Shown: positions 18,580 through 28,355, numbered from the stretch's first letter. The stretch is 64,000 bases of DNA from Candidatus Latescibacterota bacterium (GCA_965197905.1 CBDAOB010000004.1:1056001-1120000), one strand, 5' to 3'. Notes: generated from the letters alone by a model not told the origin. Numbers and translations are program-made.

Positions 18580-20547
18580 TCAAAAAGGGAACTGGGCAAC
18601 CGACCTGGTTATGAGAACGATCGCAACGGCAGCCATACCTGTTATTCCATTGCCGCAGGCGAAACCGGCCAAAAGAACAGGGGCATACTGGCGCCACTTG
18701 ATATCGCCGAAGCGGCGGGCGAAATAATAGCGGCCCAGGCAGGCCCCCAGCATCTCGGGAATCAGCAAATGCGGCAGACTCTGCAGGCCGCGAACGAAAC
18801 CGTAGACCAGCGAGACCGGCAACCCCCAACCCGCCAGCAGCCACAGACCGGCCAGGGCCCCACCAAGCCCTCCCAGCACCCACGGAAGTTTCACCACCTC
18901 GATGAACTCCAGGTTGCCGCCGGTAGTAAAGGAAAACCACATGAACTGACGCAGCGCCAGCAAATGCCAGTACTTCTGCGCGTATGGAAAAGCCATGGAC
19001 GGTATGGGTCCCATACGCCAAATCAGCGACCAGAACAGCAAGCCGCACCCCAGCGCGAGCGGCAGAATGAACAGCTCCGCTTTGGCAATGCTGGTGAATC
19101 TGGTTCCGGTAAGCTCGACTTCGCGGAACAGTTGCGCCCGGCGACCATGGTCGTCGTACGGAATGGGAGCGAACCAGATGTCGACCCCGCGATAACCGCT
19201 CAACAGAAAGGCCCCTTCGCGAACTAGAGGAATGCCGACGGTCTGTCCCGTGAGCCCCGACATGCGAGCGTTGGCATAGGAGAGCAGTGGAGTGACGACA
19301 AAGGCGAACCCCAGCAGAAAGACGAGGGGGAAGTGGTCGTCCTGCAACAGCCACAGGCACAGGGCTACGTAAGCCGTGGCGGGCCCGACGTAGAGCAAAA
19401 CCGCGAGCCACATGGGGAAATCGCCGCGCCCCGACGGGGTCTTCAACGCTTTGAGCCCACCCCCGCGGTACTCGTTCAACGCCCGAACCGCGTAGATGAG
19501 TCCGGTAATACCCACCGCAGCGCCGGTGCCGATGTAGACACTCATCCAGACATCCAGATCGTTGCTGAAGTGAGTGAGCACCGTGTCCATCCCGGGCCGC
19601 CACCGCGGCAGATGACCCAGATGGAAGAGCAAAGGATTCGCCAGCATCTGCACCAGGGAGGCCGCGAACCCGCCCACGACCACCCAGAAGGGCAGCACGA
19701 ATCCCACTAGGACCAAACCGAGATCAGTGGAGATGCCGATCGGGGTGGCCGGCAGCAGATGCTCCAGTTCCCGGGTCAGATCTATCCACGGAATGGGCAG
19801 AAGAACGATGGGCCGGCTGGCGATCAGACTGGTAAGCGCAGGCAACGCGATGAACAAGGCGCCAAACAACAGGCCGATCCCCATGCCTACGGAGAAGACA
19901 TGCCAACGCCAGCTTTCGCGCCCGGAACCGCTCTCCGCCAAGGCCATGGCCCCTTGTGCGGCGACCGGAGCTAGGGGAAAGGGTAGCTTCTCCACATCGG
20001 AGGTGAGTCGGAACAGTAGATAACCGAGCCCGAACCATTCGGCCCGCGCCAATACCTGCCCCAGTACCAGTAGTGCGATAGGTACCACCCAGTCGGAGTG
20101 GAAAAACGTTCGGCCCGCCAGCGCCGCGGAATCCGCTGCCGGCACCACCCAGCTCGGGATCTGCTCGGCGATCCCGAGGGCCTGACCCACCTGGGACTGC
20201 ACCAAATACTGGTACCAGATCAACCCTCCCAGGGGTCCTCCGGCGAGCATGACGCCACCCAGGACGTGAGTCAATCCGCCGGCGATGTAGTAGATCAGGT
20301 AGATCTCCTGTCGCCGTAACGGGGTGAACGCGCGCCTGGCCATCTCCGCGAACAGGATGACCGTGACCCATTCCGCCGCCGCCCCCATGCTGGTCCCGGC
20401 GATGAGCCCCATGTAAATGGCACCGGGCATCATCAGGAAGCCGATGAATAGCGCCCCGAGAGCGGCGCGCCACGTCATGCCCTCCTCGAATTCGGGAGGA
20501 GGCTGCATGAGTTCCCGGTAAGCTTCGAAATCCTGGGAACGTTTCAA
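18580..20547 (-). CDS. OPT/YSL-like putative peptide transporter
   Basis: TWRAALGA, AAEWVTVILF, DVEKLPFPLAPV and many TM helices. Probable TTG start at 20547 overlaps the upstream stop (TTGA). Confidence 0.75.
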   Translation of the reverse strand: MKRSQDFEAYRELMQPPPEFEEGMTWRAALGALFIGFLMMPGAIYMGLIAGTSMGAAAEWVTVILFAEMARRAFTPLRRQEIYLIYYIAGGLTHVLGGVMLAGGPLGGLIWYQYLVQSQVGQALGIAEQIPSWVVPAADSAALAGRTFFHSDWVVPIALLVLGQVLARAEWFGLGYLLFRLTSDVEKLPFPLAPVAAQGAMALAESGSGRESWRWHVFSVGMGIGLLFGALFIALPALTSLIASRPIVLLPIPWIDLTRELEHLLPATPIGISTDLGLVLVGFVLPFWVVVGGFAASLVQMLANPLLFHLGHLPRWRPGMDTVLTHFSNDLDVWMSVYIGTGAAVGITGLIYAVRALNEYRGGGLKALKTPSGRGDFPMWLAVLLYVGPATAYVALCLWLLQDDHFPLVFLLGFAFVVTPLLSYANARMSGLTGQTVGIPLVREGAFLLSGYRGVDIWFAPIPYDDHGRRAQLFREVELTGTRFTSIAKAELFILPLALGCGLLFWSLIWRMGPIPSMAFPYAQKYWHLLALRQFMWFSFTTGGNLEFIEVVKLPWVLGGLGGALAGLWLLAGWGLPVSLVYGFVRGLQSLPHLLIPEMLGACLGRYYFARRFGDIKWRQYAPVLLAGFACGNGITGMAAVAIVLITRSVAQFPF

Positions 20548-23500
20548 GCCAGCCTGCCCATTTGCAGATACGGCGAGCGGGTGGCGGGCGTCAGAGATCG
20601 CCACACCAGAAACTGTTTTCGCAACTGATTCAGCAGCAGCTTGTTGGACCGCAACCAGGCAGATCGATCGCCCGAGCGGCGCACCATGACCGCCTCTATG
20701 GCGAAGAACCGCGCCCCCACTTCGGCCACCGGATGCAACTCGAACTCCTGAGACAGTCCCTGGTCGAAGGGGGCCAGCCACAGGCGCGCCCTCAGGAGGG
20801 GCACTGGATGGCTGGAGGGTTCTGCGACGGTGCGATTGGGCGCCACATCACTGGATTCGAGCTCGGTTTCTTCGGCATAGAAGAGGGCACCGATCGACTG
20901 TTCCGTATGCCCTTCTAGAAATTCCGAGATGAAAACGACGAGACCCGCAGCCTCGTTGCGGGAGAGCGCGAACGGCATGGGCACAGACAGGGTATCTCCG
21001 TCCGCAGGGGGCAGGCGCCACGAGCGCTCGATGCCCGGCACGCATATGCGGGCAGCTTCGCGGGCCGGATAGAGGGTCGACAGCAGCACCACCACCGCCA
21101 CGGCGGCCGTGGTCGCCACGGCAGACAGTGAGGAGTAATTGACGGTGAGGCCGGGAAACATGCCGAAGAGCAAACCGAGCTTCGCTACGGACTGTCCCAG
21201 GAGGTAACCCAGGGCACTGCTGATTACGGCGTAAACGACAGCTTCGGCGAGGAAGAGTCCCCCCACGTGCATCGGCGCGAGCCCAATGGCATTCAAGGTG
21301 CCGATATCGCCGACCCGTTCGTGCACCGAGCCCAGCATGGTGTTGAAGACGATAAGTGCCGCGACCAGAATTGGTACCCAGATACCCGGCCGACCGGTAA
21401 ACGCCTGCACGCCGGCGGTGTTTATGAGGTACCTCGAACCTCCGTTGACGGCGAACAGATTCAAGCTGATTTCCTGCGCTAGGTCGTGGGCTGCCCGGTT
21501 CCCTTTCCGCGTCGAAACAGCCACCGATGTCATGCGCGATTTCTCCCCCCACCGCCGCACCACCTCGAAGGGTAGAATCAGCACCCCCGCGCTTTCCAGG
21601 TGCGCAAACGCCGATTGAATCTCCGACGACCCGCGCCCGATCATCCTCTCGGCAGGCTGGTGGGTTTCCTGATCCAGGGGGGTGAGCGGTCCCCCGCTGA
21701 CATCCCGCAGTTGATCAAAAGTCCGGGGATCGAAGAAGCCGATCACGCTAAATTCCGTGCCCAAAAAGCGAATCGATTCCTTGCCTACCGTCCTTGTGGT
21801 CAGGCCGAGCTTGTCCGCCATCCCGGTGCTGACGAGACACACATCCTCCTCGTCCTCAGAGAACCAGCGGCCGGCGACCAAGGTTTTGTCGACTGCTGTG
21901 ATCAATGGTTCATTAGGCATCAACCCGAGTGTCCCATTCACACGCGCCCAACGGGCACCGTATTCGGCAGTTGCCGGCGCCACGTACCAGGCGCGCGCCG
22001 CCGTGGACGCCCGACCGAAACGCGACCGCAATATCTCTAAGACCCTGTGTTCCAGCGCCTCCCATCCCGGGTTCCTGACCAAGAGAGCATCGCCGTGCTC
22101 CGCCGGTCCGATCGGGGTTTCGTTGTAACGCACCGCCTCGCGTATGGAGGTGAACGAAAGCATCGAAAAAGTCAGCAACACGAGTGTGAGCGACGTCAAC
22201 GCGGTGCGCAACGGGCGGCGGCGTAGCTGACCTATGCCCATAAGGAGCGCGCGGAATAGCAAGCCCGTGCGGTCGGTGTCGTCGCGATGGGCAGCCCGGC
22301 GGGCGACGGAAGATCGCAGCTGCGCGTTCAGTCGAGAGATTCCCATAACGGCCACCAACAGACTCAAGGCGAGGATGAGAAACCCCAATAGAATCACCAA
22401 CGGAAAGATGCTCAGCTGAAAGGCCGGATGTAGGTACCGAAGCAGAAAGAAGGCGATCAAGAAGATCCCCAGCGCCCCGAGCACCTGCTGGCGAAGTTGG
22501 GCGCTTTCGAGCAAGAGACGCTCGCCGAAATAGGCAACCGGCAGCAGCAGGAACAGGAAAAACAGGACCCCTTGGACGACGTCCAACGTCAACCCCTGTA
22601 CCCCGTTGTAGGTCCGTGAGGCATGGGTTCGGGCTTTGTTGGTCAAATCTGAATAGCGGTCGTAGCGCCTCGCCGTCAACGCCCCTCTCGCGCGCGTCAG
22701 AAGAGACTCGGTAGCGGTGTGCGCACGCTCCAGAAGCGGGCTATTGATACCATGCCGGCGCAGATTCCATAGCCGTGCCGCGTTCAGCTCGTAGGTGTCG
22801 GTCGCGATCTGCAAACCGGTCCGATGGAGACGCGGATTCTGCGCCGCAGCGAAACCGGAACCGGTCGGCTGCTTCCAACTGCCGTTGAGCAGGAGCAGCG
22901 CTCGACCTATGCGGAACCGGCCGCCGGTCATGGTAAATTTAGCGGCGACTCCCGGTGGCAAAAACGCAACTGCCACTTGCTCCACGCCACTTCCGGCGCT
23001 GTTGAAGTATCCTCGCGTTTCGATTTCGTCTGGGGATGCCGTGGTCGAGAAGCCGAAGTTGGCCGGTCGTGAATCTGAACGGGCGTCTAAGATTTCCAGG
23101 TGTTCCAGCGTCTTCATGCTCAACGGATCGAAGGTGTCGAAAAGGGTGATCGGTTGACACCAGAACCCGACCAGGGTGAGCTCCTTCTCCAGCAGGTCCA
23201 TCCGGATCTCGTTGGGGTACTGCTGGACTCCAAGCGGGCCGTGATCCAGAGCGAAGTTCAATTCACCTGTACGGTCGTCAGTGCGAAACATCTCCAGTTG
23301 AATCGGCTTGAGGTACAGGGTGCGGGCTTCGACGCCTGCGAACGAGAAGCGGCCTTCTCCATCGCTCAGCGCGAGCGGATCCATACGCACTCCCATAATG
23401 ACATGATGGCGGGTGCGGACCCGAACGAGGGCACCCTCTATAGGCAGGTTTGGGCCATACGCCTCTGCCCCCCACGTGAGCGCTCGCCCTTGGACGGTGC

Positions 23501-24995
23501 CGAAGGAATCTTTGCGTGGATCGATCTGGGTTCCGGCGGTTGGATCGCCCAACAGTTGAATCAGCAGTGAACCAAGGAACTCCGTCTGCTCTTCGAGCTG
23601 CTCCAGATCGACCAAGTGCGGGAGATCCAACGGCGAGTCGAAAGCATTCCTCATGTCGCCGGCTGTGACAAAGGTCAGGCCCAGATACCCGGCGAGGTTT
23701 ACCACCGCGCCCTGCACCGGAATCTGCTCTGGTACGGCTCCAAGCAGCCCCCGCTCACGGTGCGGTTTTAGTTCGCCGCCCAGGATCAGCCTCCCCTGGC
23801 GCCGTTCGCGTTCGTAACGATCGGCGAACCTCTCGATAGCGTCGTAGATGGGAGGCCGAATCTTGCGCACCCTGTAGGGCGATCCTGCTTGCATCAGCCC
23901 GATCCTGCTGCCATGGCTGCTGAGATCGATGCCCACGTAATAGGCCAGTTCGAGGTCGTCGAACCCATCGCCCAGGGCGGACAACCCCTCGCGACGCACG
24001 GCACCGATCAGGTCGCGCATGCCTGCAAGGCTTTGAAAATGTCCCGGCGTTGCGGCGAGAATGACGGTTCGCGGCAGACGCTCGCCCTGCAGAACCCTGG
24101 CGATCTCGAGCCACGCGGCCACCCCGGAGGCCTGCTCGGCACCCGGAGAAATCGCGGGAATCGGAGAAATTGCATCGTAATAACACCCCACCATAACCGC
24201 CTCGCCGCGAAGCTGTGGATCAGTGCCTGGAAGCAGGGCGACTACCGTTGTCGCCGGAGCCTCCTGCCAGGTCATCTTCCCTTTCAGTCGAACCCCGGCA
24301 GCACCTTGTTTGGCGAGGTCGCGCAACCGGATGGCCTCTCTTCCCCTTGCATAAAATCGGGGCAGATCCGCTGGCGTGGTCAGAAACTTAAGCGCCCCCT
24401 CCTTGCGGTGAGTACGGGATGGTTCCAGGAAAATGACCGCCCGGGCGCCGAGGTCGAAAGCCGAAATCCAATCTGACCCGCAGTTGTATTCGAGCACAAG
24501 AATTGCGTCGCCGAGGGCCAGGCCATCCAGCTCTCCTTGACGCGCATTGCCGCCGTAAAGCAAGGGAGCTTGGATGCCGGAGGGAGGCAGGGTCGAGGTT
24601 CGGGCAAGGTTTGGCCAGACGTGATGGAGTTGAATGCGGTTGGCCGAGCGCTGGCGGTCCGCGGGGGAATCGTGTTTGTCCGCAGGAGATTCCAGCTCGA
24701 GATAAGCGCCGTGATCCATAGGTACCGGGACCACGAAGCTGCGGCGACGGACGTCGACTATTCCAGCGGCTGCCAACTGGTTTTCCAGGTACTCTGCAGC
24801 CCGCACAGCGCCGGGATATCCGGTGGTTCTAGAGCCATTTGCGGAGAGGAACTGAATGTGATCGCCAAGCGACGCACCCCAGGCCGGCGGAGCGAAGGCA
24901 GCGGCCGTGAGCCCCGCAACAGCTGCCAGAAGAAGCACCAGCTCTTGACAGTTTAGCCTGCCAAAGGCGAAGTTTTTATTCGACTTACAGTTCAT
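20544..24995 (-). CDS. M28 peptidase-like/PA domain fused to MacB/FtsX-like permease
   Basis: Signal peptide, SRTTGYPG, LPGTDPQLRGEAVMVGCYYD, PGAEQASG, a TM block, LRRRPLRTALT, MacB periplasmic core (GRWF...) and SVHERVGDIGTLNAIG. Start codon uncertain. Confidence 0.82.
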   Translation of the reverse strand: MNCKSNKNFAFGRLNCQELVLLLAAVAGLTAAAFAPPAWGASLGDHIQFLSANGSRTTGYPGAVRAAEYLENQLAAAGIVDVRRRSFVVPVPMDHGAYLELESPADKHDSPADRQRSANRIQLHHVWPNLARTSTLPPSGIQAPLLYGGNARQGELDGLALGDAILVLEYNCGSDWISAFDLGARAVIFLEPSRTHRKEGALKFLTTPADLPRFYARGREAIRLRDLAKQGAAGVRLKGKMTWQEAPATTVVALLPGTDPQLRGEAVMVGCYYDAISPIPAISPGAEQASGVAAWLEIARVLQGERLPRTVILAATPGHFQSLAGMRDLIGAVRREGLSALGDGFDDLELAYYVGIDLSSHGSRIGLMQAGSPYRVRKIRPPIYDAIERFADRYERERRQGRLILGGELKPHRERGLLGAVPEQIPVQGAVVNLAGYLGLTFVTAGDMRNAFDSPLDLPHLVDLEQLEEQTEFLGSLLIQLLGDPTAGTQIDPRKDSFGTVQGRALTWGAEAYGPNLPIEGALVRVRTRHHVIMGVRMDPLALSDGEGRFSFAGVEARTLYLKPIQLEMFRTDDRTGELNFALDHGPLGVQQYPNEIRMDLLEKELTLVGFWCQPITLFDTFDPLSMKTLEHLEILDARSDSRPANFGFSTTASPDEIETRGYFNSAGSGVEQVAVAFLPPGVAAKFTMTGGRFRIGRALLLLNGSWKQPTGSGFAAAQNPRLHRTGLQIATDTYELNAARLWNLRRHGINSPLLERAHTATESLLTRARGALTARRYDRYSDLTNKARTHASRTYNGVQGLTLDVVQGVLFFLFLLLPVAYFGERLLLESAQLRQQVLGALGIFLIAFFLLRYLHPAFQLSIFPLVILLGFLILALSLLVAVMGISRLNAQLRSSVARRAAHRDDTDRTGLLFRALLMGIGQLRRRPLRTALTSLTLVLLTFSMLSFTSIREAVRYNETPIGPAEHGDALLVRNPGWEALEHRVLEILRSRFGRASTAARAWYVAPATAEYGARWARVNGTLGLMPNEPLITAVDKTLVAGRWFSEDEEDVCLVSTGMADKLGLTTRTVGKESIRFLGTEFSVIGFFDPRTFDQLRDVSGGPLTPLDQETHQPAERMIGRGSSEIQSAFAHLESAGVLILPFEVVRRWGEKSRMTSVAVSTRKGNRAAHDLAQEISLNLFAVNGGSRYLINTAGVQAFTGRPGIWVPILVAALIVFNTMLGSVHERVGDIGTLNAIGLAPMHVGGLFLAEAVVYAVISSALGYLLGQSVAKLGLLFGMFPGLTVNYSSLSAVATTAAVAVVVLLSTLYPAREAARICVPGIERSWRLPPADGDTLSVPMPFALSRNEAAGLVVFISEFLEGHTEQSIGALFYAEETELESSDVAPNRTVAEPSSHPVPLLRARLWLAPFDQGLSQEFELHPVAEVGARFFAIEAVMVRRSGDRSAWLRSNKLLLNQLRKQFLVWRSLTPATRSPYLQMGRLA

Positions 24996-25045
24996 GCGAA
25001 GAGACCACAGGCTTTTGGTGTCCTAGACAGTGTAGCAGTACCCTA

Positions 25046-25633
25046 ATGAAGCTTCTCAGTTCGGGAGAAAACCAGCGCATCCGGCGCATCGTCGACGGCG
25101 ACGAGCGGGCTTTCCAGTCGCTTATCCGCGATTACTACCCGCTGGCCTATAACCTGGCGTGCAAAATGCTGAGCAACCGTCAGGATGCCGAGGAAGTCGT
25201 CCAGGATGCGTTTGTCAAGATTCGCGAAGCCCTGGACAGCTTCCGGGGCGACGCGTCGCTGAAAACGTGGATCCTGCGCATCGTCATGCGGCTGAGCTTG
25301 AACCGGCGCCGCGATCGCTCCCGCAGTTCGTGGAACCGCATGGGTCTGCACAAAGTAGCAACAGTGGAGGAGGAAGAAGCGGCAGATTCGCCAAAGGTGC
25401 AGCAGAGCCCGGAGGCAGAGTTGATTTCGCGGGAGACAGGAGAACGCGTTCTGGCATTGATCGATGAGCTACCCGAGCCGTTGCGTCAGGCGCTTGTTCT
25501 CAACAGCATTGACGAGTTGTCGTACGAGGAAATCGGGCGCATTTTGCGAATCCCGCTCGGAACCGTCAGCTCGCGCATCTACGCAGCCCGAAGAAAGCTG
25601 GCTAAAAAACTGCAGGAACATGATCTACTCTAA
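25046..25633 (+). CDS. ECF RNA polymerase sigma factor
   Basis: DAEEVVQDAF, FRGDASLKTW and SYEEIGRILRIPLGTVSSRI. Confidence 0.95.
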   Translation: MKLLSSGENQRIRRIVDGDERAFQSLIRDYYPLAYNLACKMLSNRQDAEEVVQDAFVKIREALDSFRGDASLKTWILRIVMRLSLNRRRDRSRSSWNRMGLHKVATVEEEEAADSPKVQQSPEAELISRETGERVLALIDELPEPLRQALVLNSIDELSYEEIGRILRIPLGTVSSRIYAARRKLAKKLQEHDLL

Positions 25634-25714
25634 CGATTTTTGCGTTGGGTCGCGAGTTGAGCGGGGGCGATTTCTCACCCGACGAGCACCCGACAGCACC
25701 CTCGGAGGGAATCG

Positions 25715-26071
25715 ATGAAATTGCCGTGGCGAAGAGATGCGGACGGGCACAGGATCTCCGCTTATTTGGACGGCGAGTTAGACCAGGCGGAAGAGGTCGA
25801 TCTTGCGGATCGGTTGGTGTTCGACCAGAACTTGCGAGAGAGAATGGCTGAGGTGAGACAGGCGGACGCGCTGGCGGTCGCGGCCCTTGCCGTCGATCAT
25901 GTGCCCGACCCCACAACGATCGCCGAGAAGCTGATAGCGGATATCGACGCGACTCCGGTGGCACTTTCAGCGTCCGCCCGTAACCTCAAACCTGCCCTTT
26001 ACGCCTCGGTAGGGATTTTGATCACGGTGGGAATCACCTTCGTCGGCCTGCGGCGACGGGGATTGGTCTGA
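25715..26071 (+). CDS. Putative anti-sigma factor
   Basis: ISAYLDGEL anti-sigma domain and a C-terminal TM helix. Follows the ECF gene. Confidence 0.75.
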   Translation: MKLPWRRDADGHRISAYLDGELDQAEEVDLADRLVFDQNLRERMAEVRQADALAVAALAVDHVPDPTTIAEKLIADIDATPVALSASARNLKPALYASVGILITVGITFVGLRRRGLV

Positions 26072-26084
26072 TCGGAGGTTTGGC

Positions 26085-26975
26085 ATGAGCTGGTTCGAAC
26101 GTATGAAGAGGGGATTCCAGACGCGGATCCGGCGCGATTTATCGGAGAGCATCTGGAGCAAATGTCCCGACTGCGGTCACGCCACCTACAACTACGCCCT
26201 GGAGCGCAGTTTTTGGATCTGTCCCGATTGTGGCCACCACATGCACATCGGCCACAAAGAGTACACCGAGATCCTGGTGGACGACGGCAGCTTCGCAGAA
26301 CTCGATGCAGAGATAACCGCCTCGGATCCCCTCAAATTCAAAGACGACAAGCGTTACGTAGATAAGCTGAAGGCGAGCAGAAAATCAAGTGAGCTGAACG
26401 AGGCGATATATACAGGTATTGCGCGCATCGGCGGGCACCCGGTCGCCCTGGGCGTAATGGACACCCGTTTTATCATGGGCAGCTTGGGCGGAGCAACCGG
26501 TGAAAAGATCGCCCGCTTGATCGACCGCGCCATCGCCGACCGTCGCAGCCTGATCCTGATCTGCCAATCCGGCGGCGCGCGAATGCAGGAAAGCGCGTAT
26601 TCGCTGATGCAGATGGCCAAGGTGAGCGCCAAACTGAACCAGCTTTCGCAAGCAGGGCTTCTCTACATCGCGCTGCTGACCGATCCCACGTATGGAGGAG
26701 TCAGCGCCAGCTTCGGCATGCTCGGCGACCTGATCATCGCCGAGCCCCGTGCGCGCGTCGGTTTTGCCGGCCAAGCGGTGATCAAACAGTTCCTGGCCAC
26801 CGACGAACTGCCCAGCGGATTCCAGATGGCGGAAACCGTGTTGGAGCACGGTTTCGTCGACTGCATCGTGTCGCGCGACGAGATGGCCGCCACCTTGACG
26901 CGGTTGATCGCCATGCTTGCCCCGGCTGCAGACCTCCGCGCCGAAGAGGATCTCGAGACGGCACTGGCGGTGTAA
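26085..26975 (+). CDS. accD: Acetyl-CoA carboxylase carboxyltransferase beta subunit
   Basis: CPDC..CPDC zinc finger, MGSLG, SGGARMQE and PTYGGVSASF. Confidence 0.97.
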   Translation: MSWFERMKRGFQTRIRRDLSESIWSKCPDCGHATYNYALERSFWICPDCGHHMHIGHKEYTEILVDDGSFAELDAEITASDPLKFKDDKRYVDKLKASRKSSELNEAIYTGIARIGGHPVALGVMDTRFIMGSLGGATGEKIARLIDRAIADRRSLILICQSGGARMQESAYSLMQMAKVSAKLNQLSQAGLLYIALLTDPTYGGVSASFGMLGDLIIAEPRARVGFAGQAVIKQFLATDELPSGFQMAETVLEHGFVDCIVSRDEMAATLTRLIAMLAPAADLRAEEDLETALAV

Positions 26976-27016
26976 CCAAGCGGCGCTCAAGAAAAAAGCC
27001 TGCCGTACTTTTTCGA

Positions 27017-28354
27017 TCAGAAGACGTTGCGGTACTTCAACCCGAAGTAACGCTGCTCTCTGGAGCTACCGAAGTCTATCCTCACGACGAATTCGGAGTT
27101 CCAGTAGAGCCGCAAGCCCGCTCCCGCGGTTGCGTGAAATCCCGACAGACCAAACCGGTCCAGATCGCGCCACACCCTTCCGGTGTCAAAAAACGATGCT
27201 ACGTGCCACTCGAGGTACTGTTTCAAGACCCGGTAGGTTGAGATGTGGTAGCGGAACTCGGTGTTCGTAAAGAAGCGGACATCGTCGGTAAATCTTTGCC
27301 GGTCAAACCCGCGGAGAGAATCGCTACCCCCCAGGCCCTTGATCCGTCGGCTACCCCCGATCTGACCATAGGCGTAGAGCGGCACAGAACCATCCAGGGC
27401 CTCGAACACGGTCCGGTGTGCCAGGTTGACCCGGCTAGTGAGCCGTCTGTAACGGGCATCGGTGAAGGTGTAGCGCCGAAAATCGATGTCCTCGAAGCTG
27501 GGGTGGAGCGCCAGGAGAGAATTTTTGGAGGTTTCATACGACCATTCGTGAAACGTGCCGGAGCGCGCGATCACCACATCATCCCTGCTATCCCATTGCA
27601 ACGTGAAACTCACGAATCCGGTCCACCCGTCTGTCACGTCGTCGGGGAACCCTTGGTCATCCAGGATGGATCGATCCCCGCGCGTGGCGACACTGGTGTT
27701 TTCCAACCCGAAACCGACCGACATGGAGACCGGACCTTCGATTTCGCGTAAGAGACTGAATATGAAACGCGGAGTTTCGAGGACGTAATAGTAATAGTTC
27801 TCGTCACGATATTCGGGATTGTCCTCGTCCTCGGTATACGCTTTCACGAATTTGCTATCGTTGCCCAGACCGTAATATCTCGTGCGAATATCCTTTCGGG
27901 TACCGGCAAGAAGCCGTACACCGAACCCAGTGCCTTTTATGCGCGGCACCTTTAGACGCACCGAGTAGCGGGCACCTCCCTCATCAGAGCGCAATGTGTT
28001 GAAGGTGAGCTTGTAGCGATACGGTCGGCGGCGATAATCCGACCACTGGACTCGGGCACCGTAATTCCATCCCGTGTTCGGACTGAAATAGACGATCGGA
28101 AGACCCGTGAAGCCATACGGGATGCCATTGAGCGAGAACTGCCGTCGTCGTCCCACCCAGCGCACCACTTCGACGGTCTGCTTGGTAGCGGTGTCATGGT
28201 TTCGTTGTAGCTGCTTTTCAGCCGCAGATGACGTGGCCGTCGACGTCGAGTCGTCGCTGGTTTCCTCGGAAAAAATCGTCGCCGGCCACAGCGCCACCAG
28301 CACCATGATCGAGACCGCACTGCATCGCAAACGATCGATTGGGGGCATAACCAT
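27017..28354 (-). CDS. Omp85/BamA-TamA family outer-membrane protein without POTRA domains
   Basis: Signal peptide, beta-strand pattern, LGGSDSLRGF lid motif, FFDTGRVW, GAGLRL and C-terminal Phe. Confidence 0.82.
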   Translation of the reverse strand: MVMPPIDRLRCSAVSIMVLVALWPATIFSEETSDDSTSTATSSAAEKQLQRNHDTATKQTVEVVRWVGRRRQFSLNGIPYGFTGLPIVYFSPNTGWNYGARVQWSDYRRRPYRYKLTFNTLRSDEGGARYSVRLKVPRIKGTGFGVRLLAGTRKDIRTRYYGLGNDSKFVKAYTEDEDNPEYRDENYYYYVLETPRFIFSLLREIEGPVSMSVGFGLENTSVATRGDRSILDDQGFPDDVTDGWTGFVSFTLQWDSRDDVVIARSGTFHEWSYETSKNSLLALHPSFEDIDFRRYTFTDARYRRLTSRVNLAHRTVFEALDGSVPLYAYGQIGGSRRIKGLGGSDSLRGFDRQRFTDDVRFFTNTEFRYHISTYRVLKQYLEWHVASFFDTGRVWRDLDRFGLSGFHATAGAGLRLYWNSEFVVRIDFGSSREQRYFGLKYRNVF

Positions 28355-28355
28355 T

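Noticed and set aside
19703..19713. 11-bp match (cccactaggac) to the tRNA-Lys 3' half as a possible att duplicate
   Set aside because: Short, inside an intact CDS, and with housekeeping genes in between; likely chance.
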